DNA of 63,832 nt, the filler included. It is 6 parts of 6 records of this genome, joined end to end, with 100 filler letters (N's around TTAATTAATTAA, not from the genome) between each part and the next. Parts side by side here need not be neighbours in the genome. Positions count along the whole stretch, not along the records: positions 44,427 to 58,386 come from SRR22947727_3759; positions 58,487 to 63,832 come from SRR22947727_3821; 4 more parts are not named here. One strand, written 5' to 3'. How positions within the stretch are numbered: position 1 is the first letter of the stretch; the number at the start of each line of letters is the position of its first letter. The notes under the pieces were generated by a model that was not told where the DNA came from, ran no database searches, and saw only the letters and a list, made by a program, of their open reading frames with translations. A program made the position numbers and the translations under genes. Positions 57,581-63,832 of the stretch are shown in pieces.

Positions 57581-58386
57581 ATGAAAAAAAGAAAAGATAA
57601 AAAAAAGAAACTAGCCATGCCAAAGTATAATCTTGGTGGGCCTTTAGACTTATCAGCATACGGCGACTCTACTGGAGGCAGTACAAGAGACCAAGCAGTA
57701 GAAGATAAAAACGTACAATATGCTAAAGATAATACCCCTATGGCGTTAAAAGTGCTAACTGGTATAGGAAATACAGTAGGCTCTGCTATTGAAAAAGTAG
57801 TTCCTGGAGTAGGGAACTTTATGGATTTAACTAAAGCAGGAGATAATGTAGGATTATCTGGCGTAATGGATGTTAGTGATAAAGTAGGTGGTGCTTTAGG
57901 CACTGCGGCTAATTTAACAGCTAATGTAATGACTGGGGGCACTAGTGGTGCAGCAGGAGCAGCTATGGGAGCTTTGGGTAATATGGGAAATAAAGAACCA
58001 GATTTACCTATTGCAGAATATGGTATGAAGTTACCTAACGCAGAGTATGGTAGAGTTACAAATATAAATGGACCTGGTCATGAAAATGGTGGAGTTCCTT
58101 TAGATATAGATGGAGATGGTTCAGCTGATATAGAAGCTGAAGGTGGTGAGGCTATGACAAAAGATTTTATTTTTTCAGATACTTTAAAAGATCCAGAAAC
58201 TAAAAAAACATTTGCAGATATGGCAAAATCAATTGAAAATAAATTTAAAGGAGTAGAAGATTCTTTATCTGATAAAACTAAAGATTTTGAATTATCTATG
58301 GTAAAAGAAAAAAATAGAAAAGCTAAAGAAACTAAAGAATTTCAAGAAAAATTATTACAACTGCAAGAACTTGAAAAAGCTGCTAT
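57581..58386 (+). CDS. crAss-like cargo/ejection protein, 3'-truncated
   Basis: Gly/Ala-rich helices and GPGHENGGV...EAEGGE...IFSD motif, directly after the muzzle gene. Confidence 0.55.
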
Positions 58387-58486
58387 NNNNNNNNNNNNNN
58401 NNNNNNNNNNNNNNNNNNNNNNNNNNNNNNTTAATTAATTAANNNNNNNNNNNNNNNNNNNNNNNNNNNNNNNNNNNNNNNNNNNN

Positions 58487-59254
58487 ATTTGTTTTGCCGC
58501 TAGATAAAAGTGATTCACCGATTAGAAAGTTTTTAATACCGGTATTATCATAAATAAATTGAGCATCCTTCTTAGTCTTAATGCCGCTCTCAGAAATCAA
58601 AGGATTATTATGAGAAGCTAATTTTTTTGAAATTTTAATAGTATTATTTAATGACACATTTAATGTTTTAAGGTCTCTATTATTTATTCCAATTAAAGCT
58701 TCTTTATAATCTAATGATTTTTCTGCTTCATATTCATCATGAACTTCAACAATAACACTTAAATTATATTTAATAGCCTCATCATAAATTTCTTTTGCTT
58801 GACTATCAGAAAGAGCTGACAAAATAATCAAGATACAATCACAACCAAAACTTTTAGAGTAAGCAATTTGAAAAGGATCAATAAAAAAATCTTTAGCTAA
58901 TATAGGTAATTTAATATCTTTTTTTATATCTTTTATAAATTCTAAATTACCTAAAAAAAACTTTTCCTCAGTTAATACAGATAGACAAGCAGCATCATTA
59001 TCAGAATAGATATTTGCAATTTTTTTATGATCAAAATTTTCAATTATAATACCTGCAGATGGACTTGCTTTTTTAATCTCAGCTATTAAAGAAATTTTAT
59101 TATTTTTTTCTCGTTGAATTATAGTATTTTTAAAGTCAAAAAAATTATTAAAGTTTTTAATATTATTTTGAATTTCAGAAGATGAGATATTTTTTTTAAT
59201 TTTATTTACATCTTCTTTTTTTTGCTTAATAATTTTTTCAAGAACATTCTCCAT
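58487..59254 (-). CDS. trpC: Indole-3-glycerol-phosphate synthase, 3'-truncated
   Basis: IAEIKKASPSAG, SVLTE, KDF, GINNRDL and SESGI. Confidence 0.95.
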
Positions 59255-60249
59255 TAAATAGCCTGAATTTTAAGTAAATGTTCATAAGTTTTTCCACTCT
59301 TGAGATGTTGTTTTGCTTTTAAAAAACTTTCTTTTATATTTTTTTCTTTATCAGCAACGATAAGTCCTGCTGCACAATTAAGAGCTACAGCATCAGAAAA
59401 TTCATTATCCTCACCTTTTAAAATATCAATTATTTTATTGGCATTAAATTCAGCATTTTTCCCTTTTAAGTTTTCTTTATTTTTTTTTAAGATACCAAGT
59501 TCAACTGGATTAATTTCAAATTCTCTAATCTTACAGTCATTAAGCTCTATTATTTTTGATTTTGCAAAAGGGGAAATTTCATCCATTCCATCTTCCCCGT
59601 GAACGATAAAAGCTTTTTTAACATTGTTTTCTTTCAACGCTTCCGCAAAAGGCATCATCCATTTTTTATCAAAAACACCAACAACTTGCCTTTTAACTTT
59701 TGCCGGGCTACTTAATGGACCAATTAAATTAAATATTGTTTTTTTGCCCATTTTTTTCCTAGCACCTGCAACATATTTCATTGCTTGGTGATAATTTGGA
59801 GCAAACATAAATGCAAAATGGACTTTATTAATTGAGTTTTCAGCTTCTTGTGCATTTAAATTAATTTTGATTTTTAAAGCTTCTAATACATCAGCGGATC
59901 CGCAGTTAGAGGATACTGCTTTGTTACCGTGTTTAGCTACTTTAATTCCTAAACTAGCTAGAACTATGGCTGAAGCTGTTGAAATATTTAAAGAATTTTG
60001 ACCGTCTCCTCCAGTTCCGCATGTATCAATTGTTCCATCAGGTGAATTAACATGAGTGGCTTTATCTCTTAGAACAAAAATACCTCCAGCAAGCTCATCT
60101 TTAGTTTCACCTTTTACCGAAAGAGCTTCTAAAATTTTAATGATATTGTCCTCATTATATTTACCTTCCATAATTTCATTAAAAAGATTTTTACTTTCAT
60201 CAAATGAAAGATTTTGATTAGACTCTAATTTATTAATCAAATTTGACAT
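59254..60249 (-). CDS. trpD: Anthranilate phosphoribosyltransferase
   Basis: DTCGTGGDG, NIST and KHGNKAVSSNCGSAD. Confidence 0.96.
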   Translation of the reverse strand: MSNLINKLESNQNLSFDESKNLFNEIMEGKYNEDNIIKILEALSVKGETKDELAGGIFVLRDKATHVNSPDGTIDTCGTGGDGQNSLNISTASAIVLASLGIKVAKHGNKAVSSNCGSADVLEALKIKINLNAQEAENSINKVHFAFMFAPNYHQAMKYVAGARKKMGKKTIFNLIGPLSSPAKVKRQVVGVFDKKWMMPFAEALKENNVKKAFIVHGEDGMDEISPFAKSKIIELNDCKIREFEINPVELGILKKNKENLKGKNAEFNANKIIDILKGEDNEFSDAVALNCAAGLIVADKEKNIKESFLKAKQHLKSGKTYEHLLKIQAI

Positions 60250-60252
60250 TAA

Positions 60253-60819
60253 TTAAAATTTTATAAAATTTTGAATTATTTTCATACCAACTTTTGTATT
60301 AATACTTTCTGGATGAAATTGTACACCATGTAGCTCGAATTCTTTATGTTTTATACCCATAATTGTTTTATTTCTTGTCTCAGCTGTTATCTCCAAACAG
60401 CTAGGTAAAGTTTTTTTTTCGATTATAAGACTATGGTATCTTGTGGCATTAAATGGTGAATTAAAATTTTTAAACAATCCTATTTTTTTGAAATAAATTT
60501 TACTCATTTTTCCATGCATTAGATTTTTAGCTTTTACAATTCTACCACCAAAGACTTGGCCAATAATTTGGTGACCTAAGCACACACCTAAAATTGGTAT
60601 TTCTTTATGTAGGTCTTTAACAATTTTTAAACAATTTCCAGCTTGAGAAGGATTTCCTGGACCCGGGGATATTACAATTTTTTTATATTTTTTTCTTTTT
60701 ATATCTTTAGAATTTATTTTATCATTTCTAATAACATCAACTTTACATCTCAATTTTGAGATATAATGGAATAAATTATAGGTAAAGCTATCATAATTAT
60801 CTATTAATAAAATTTTCAT
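60253..60819 (-). CDS. trpG: Anthranilate synthase component II
   Basis: IDNYDSFTYN, SPGPG, GVCLGHQ and QFHPES. Confidence 0.95.
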   Translation of the reverse strand: MKILLIDNYDSFTYNLFHYISKLRCKVDVIRNDKINSKDIKRKKYKKIVISPGPGNPSQAGNCLKIVKDLHKEIPILGVCLGHQIIGQVFGGRIVKAKNLMHGKMSKIYFKKIGLFKNFNSPFNATRYHSLIIEKKTLPSCLEITAETRNKTIMGIKHKEFELHGVQFHPESINTKVGMKIIQNFIKF

Positions 60820-62277
60820 TTAATCCACCGCTTTCATTAATGCTTTAGCTTTATTTATCGTTTCTTGATATTCTTTTTCAGGAACGCTATCGGCAACAAT
60901 TCCTGCACCAGCTTGAACATAAAATTTGTTATCCTTAATTAATGCTGTCCTAAGTGCAATGCAGGTATCAAACTCCTTATTTGAAGTGAAATATCCAACA
61001 GCTCCAGCGTATAATTTTCTTTTGTTTTTCTCTAATTCATCAATTATTTCCATTGCTCTAATTTTAGGCGCACCACTAACAGTTCCAGCTGGAAAACCAG
61101 ATAACAAAGTTTCAAAAATTGAATTTTTTTGATCATGTTTACCAACAACATTAGAAACAATATGCATAACGTGTGAATATTTTTCAACATTAAATCTTTC
61201 AGTTACTTTAACGGAATTAATTTTTGATACTTTGCCCACATCATTTCTGCCTAAATCAAGTAACATTAAATGTTCTGCTAATTCTTTTTTGTCTTTCATT
61301 AAATCATTCTTAAATTTTTGATCTTGTTTAAAAGTTTTGCCCCTCGGCCTTGTCCCCGCAATTGGCCTTATTGTTACTTGTTGATCTCGTAAACGAACTA
61401 ATATTTCAGGGCTACTTCCAAGAATTTTAAAATCCTCGAAGTTAAAATAAAACATAAATGGAGAAGGATTAGATATTCTTAAATAATTATATATTTCTAT
61501 GGGGGTTTTGTTAAATTTTCTCTCAAATCTTTGGCTTAAAACGACCTGAAAAATATCTCCTTTAGAAATATATTTTTTGGCTTTAATTACGTTATCTTTA
61601 AATTTTTTCTTTGAGATATTACTTTTAATTTTATTAATATTTAGTTTATGAGAAAATTTTATTGGTAATTTTATATTACTATAGTCATCAAACTTTTGAA
61701 AATTTTCTTTAATTGAATGATATTTTTCAAAATAATTATTTATTTTTGTTTCAGAATAAATGTTTTCAATAAAAAAAATTTTTTTTTTAAAATTATCGTA
61801 TATGATTAAGTTTTTGGGACGCATTAATCTGACGTCTGGGATATTTAAATCATCAAAACAATTATCAGGTATATTTTCAATATATCTAATTATATCATAA
61901 GAAAAGTAGCCTACTAACATAGTACACATTTTTGGCAGAGCTTTTGGAGTATTGATATTAAATTTATTAATTAATTTATTAAGAAAAATTAATGGCTTTT
62001 CTTTAATAAATATTTTTTTTCCCTCAAAGTTTTCGATAATTAAATTTTTATTTATATTCCATATTTTATCGGGATTAAGTCCTATAATAGTGTAGCGACT
62101 TCTAATTGTACCTTTTTCAACAGACTCAAAAATGAAACTATTTTTTTCAGCTAAAATAAAATTAAAAAGATTTTCTACTTTTGTATAGTCTTTACAATTT
62201 TTAACACTATAAATGATTTGATTTTTCTTCTTTTTGTGATTTGATTTGAAAGAGTTTAGATCAACACTAAGTCTCAT
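60820..62277 (-). CDS. trpE: Anthranilate synthase component I
   Basis: GDIFQVVLSQ, NPSPFM, PIAGTRPRG, EHLMLLDLGRND and GTVSGAPKIRAM. Confidence 0.96.
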   Translation of the reverse strand: MRLSVDLNSFKSNHKKKKNQIIYSVKNCKDYTKVENLFNFILAEKNSFIFESVEKGTIRSRYTIIGLNPDKIWNINKNLIIENFEGKKIFIKEKPLIFLNKLINKFNINTPKALPKMCTMLVGYFSYDIIRYIENIPDNCFDDLNIPDVRLMRPKNLIIYDNFKKKIFFIENIYSETKINNYFEKYHSIKENFQKFDDYSNIKLPIKFSHKLNINKIKSNISKKKFKDNVIKAKKYISKGDIFQVVLSQRFERKFNKTPIEIYNYLRISNPSPFMFYFNFEDFKILGSSPEILVRLRDQQVTIRPIAGTRPRGKTFKQDQKFKNDLMKDKKELAEHLMLLDLGRNDVGKVSKINSVKVTERFNVEKYSHVMHIVSNVVGKHDQKNSIFETLLSGFPAGTVSGAPKIRAMEIIDELEKNKRKLYAGAVGYFTSNKEFDTCIALRTALIKDNKFYVQAGAGIVADSVPEKEYQETINKAKALMKAVD

Positions 62278-63728
62278 TAAAGAGTATTTTTTATTCTTGT
62301 TAAAACTTTCTCATTAATCTTGACATCATATCTCTTATTTATCGCAGCATCAAATGTACCATAGATTTGATTTGAAAATCCTAACTTAGCTTTTGTTTCG
62401 TATTCAGTGAATTTTTTATTATTTTTATCAAACGGAGGAAACTCAGTTTTAACTGAGTATATAATATAGTTTTTTGTAAGTGTGCTATCTGTGATCAATT
62501 GAAGCTCGTTATCTTTAACTTTAAAAATTTCTCTTATGATGTCTTTGTTAAATATAGTTTCATCTTCTAAATTTTTTAAAGCTGTATTCTTAATTGATAT
62601 GTTATTCTCTTTACTAAAGTTATCAAATTGTTCTTTTTTAAATTTACCTTCTGATAATTGTTTAACTATTTTGATGTTGTTTTCAGCAATATATTTTATT
62701 TTTAATTGTGATGTAATTGCATCTCTAATTTCTTTATCTTCTAAATTTCGAGTTATTTGATTTATGCTTTCTACTTCACTTAAAAAATATTTATTATTTA
62801 AATTTATAAGAGATACTTTATTGACCTCAACATTAAACATTCTCTCAAATAATCCATCTTCAAGCTTTATGATATCTTGGCCTAATTTATTTTTTTTATT
62901 TCGATCGGTTTCATTTATGGTTTTTAAGCTTAGATTGAATTCTTGAGTAAAATCATTAATTTTTTTTCCATCTAAAATTCCATTTTCTATTTCATCAATT
63001 CTTTTAAAATATGCCTCATTATATTCCGCTTGACCCGTTAAATTACTTGGTAACAATTCTACAAAATTTATTTTTTTAAACTCCCTAACAAGAAATTGTT
63101 TATTTTCATCATATATTTTTTTGATTTCTTCATCGGTAAATTTTTTATTTTTATACAAATCATCTAATTCAATATATTGAATTGTCTTGTTTTGATTTTC
63201 ATTTTGAAATTCTTTATTTATTAAAAAATTTGGCAGATTTATTCCTTCTGATAGATAAGTTAGAAGCTGTCTTTTTTTTTCCTGTTCAGAAATATTTTGC
63301 TCAAACATCGTTGGGCTCATTCGATTTTCTAATAAAAATTTCTCATATTCAGTTCTTGAAAATTGATTATCCTTTTTAAACGTTTCATCTGAAGTTATGA
63401 TTTCTTTTAGCGAACTATTTGATAGCTTTACTCCACCAGTCTCTATTTCCATTGCGATAATTTTTTTTCCAATGTAATCTGATAGTATTCTGTCTAATAA
63501 ATCAGTTTTAGATAAGCTTTTTCTTTGCTCATCAGTTAAATTAAGCTGAGAAAGGTAATTAACAAAATTTTGCACACCTATCCTTTCAGCATCAATATTT
63601 ACTAAGACATTTTGATTACCAGTTCTAAAAATATCTCCCATACCCCAAAAAACAAAAGGTAAAATAATTAAGCCTATTAATACTTTTGTAAAAAATGATG
63701 ATGTTGCTTTTTTTATTGATGTAAGCAT
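62277..63728 (-). CDS. SurA N-terminal domain / PpiD-like chaperone
   Basis: KVLIGLIILPFVFWGMGD anchor; usual position upstream of trpE in alphaproteobacteria. Confidence 0.8.
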   Translation of the reverse strand: MLTSIKKATSSFFTKVLIGLIILPFVFWGMGDIFRTGNQNVLVNIDAERIGVQNFVNYLSQLNLTDEQRKSLSKTDLLDRILSDYIGKKIIAMEIETGGVKLSNSSLKEIITSDETFKKDNQFSRTEYEKFLLENRMSPTMFEQNISEQEKKRQLLTYLSEGINLPNFLINKEFQNENQNKTIQYIELDDLYKNKKFTDEEIKKIYDENKQFLVREFKKINFVELLPSNLTGQAEYNEAYFKRIDEIENGILDGKKINDFTQEFNLSLKTINETDRNKKNKLGQDIIKLEDGLFERMFNVEVNKVSLINLNNKYFLSEVESINQITRNLEDKEIRDAITSQLKIKYIAENNIKIVKQLSEGKFKKEQFDNFSKENNISIKNTALKNLEDETIFNKDIIREIFKVKDNELQLITDSTLTKNYIIYSVKTEFPPFDKNNKKFTEYETKAKLGFSNQIYGTFDAAINKRYDVKINEKVLTRIKNTL

Positions 63729-63787
63729 TAAATTAATTTAATAGATCGTTTTTATTATTAACACACCTATAAATTAAAACATCGAAT

Positions 63788-63832
63788 ATGGCAAACAACA
63801 TAAGATATTTTATTGGAAATTGGAAAATGTTT
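63788..63832 (+). CDS. tpiA: Triosephosphate isomerase N-terminus (runs off the window)
   Basis: MANNIRYFIGNWKMF contains the GNWKM signature; divergent from the SurA-like gene. Confidence 0.8.
   Translation, partial: MANNIRYFIGNWKMF

Noticed and set aside
1694-63379. Numerous short antisense or nested ORFs in the ORF track (e.g. 4566-4946, 21047-21619, 49895-50407)
   Set aside because: They lie opposite or inside well-supported genes and show no recognisable motifs.
58487-63832. Novelty or attenuator in the trp region
   Set aside because: Ordinary alphaproteobacterial (SAR11-like) gene order. trpE is directly coupled to the upstream gene, leaving no room for a leader peptide.

Overview
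The window is six unrelated contigs joined by artificial N44-TTAATTAATTAA-N44 linkers. (1) 1-6556: T4-like (cyanophage-type) myovirus virion genes ending in neck gp13/gp14. (2) 6657-13547: low-GC marine gammaproteobacterium (SAR86-like, inferred) with a four-gene cluster resembling the mycobacterial methylmannose-polysaccharide genes, plus ilvE, a phosphomannomutase, slmA and a PBP1A end. (3) 13648-36816: probable large phage with a TnpB/Cas12f-like gene with an altered RuvC triad, a split DnaE with a nested DEDDh exonuclease, SSB, an ~15-kb glycan-biosynthesis block (including a likely colitose branch) and recombination genes. (4) 36917-44326: Bacteroidota-type large phage with a split PolB, carbamoyltransferase, sliding clamp, Hsp20, GroES and GroEL. 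(5) 44427-58386: crAss-like phage tail, lysis and muzzle module. (6) 58487-63832: SAR11-like trpEGDC, a SurA/PpiD-like gene and the start of tpiA. The most notable signal is in contig 3: eight copies (six complete, two cut by the contig ends) of a ~60-66-nt element. Read by hand, its helices covary across copies and give an 8-bp stem, an AACAAA/GA internal loop, a 2+4-bp stem, an apical-loop pseudoknot and a fixed-length 6-nt variable linker. The copies flank and overlap the TnpB-like gene and recur 21 kb away. This is a candidate undescribed structured-RNA array/TnpB-derivative system. No database searches were run, so family assignments come from recognised motifs.
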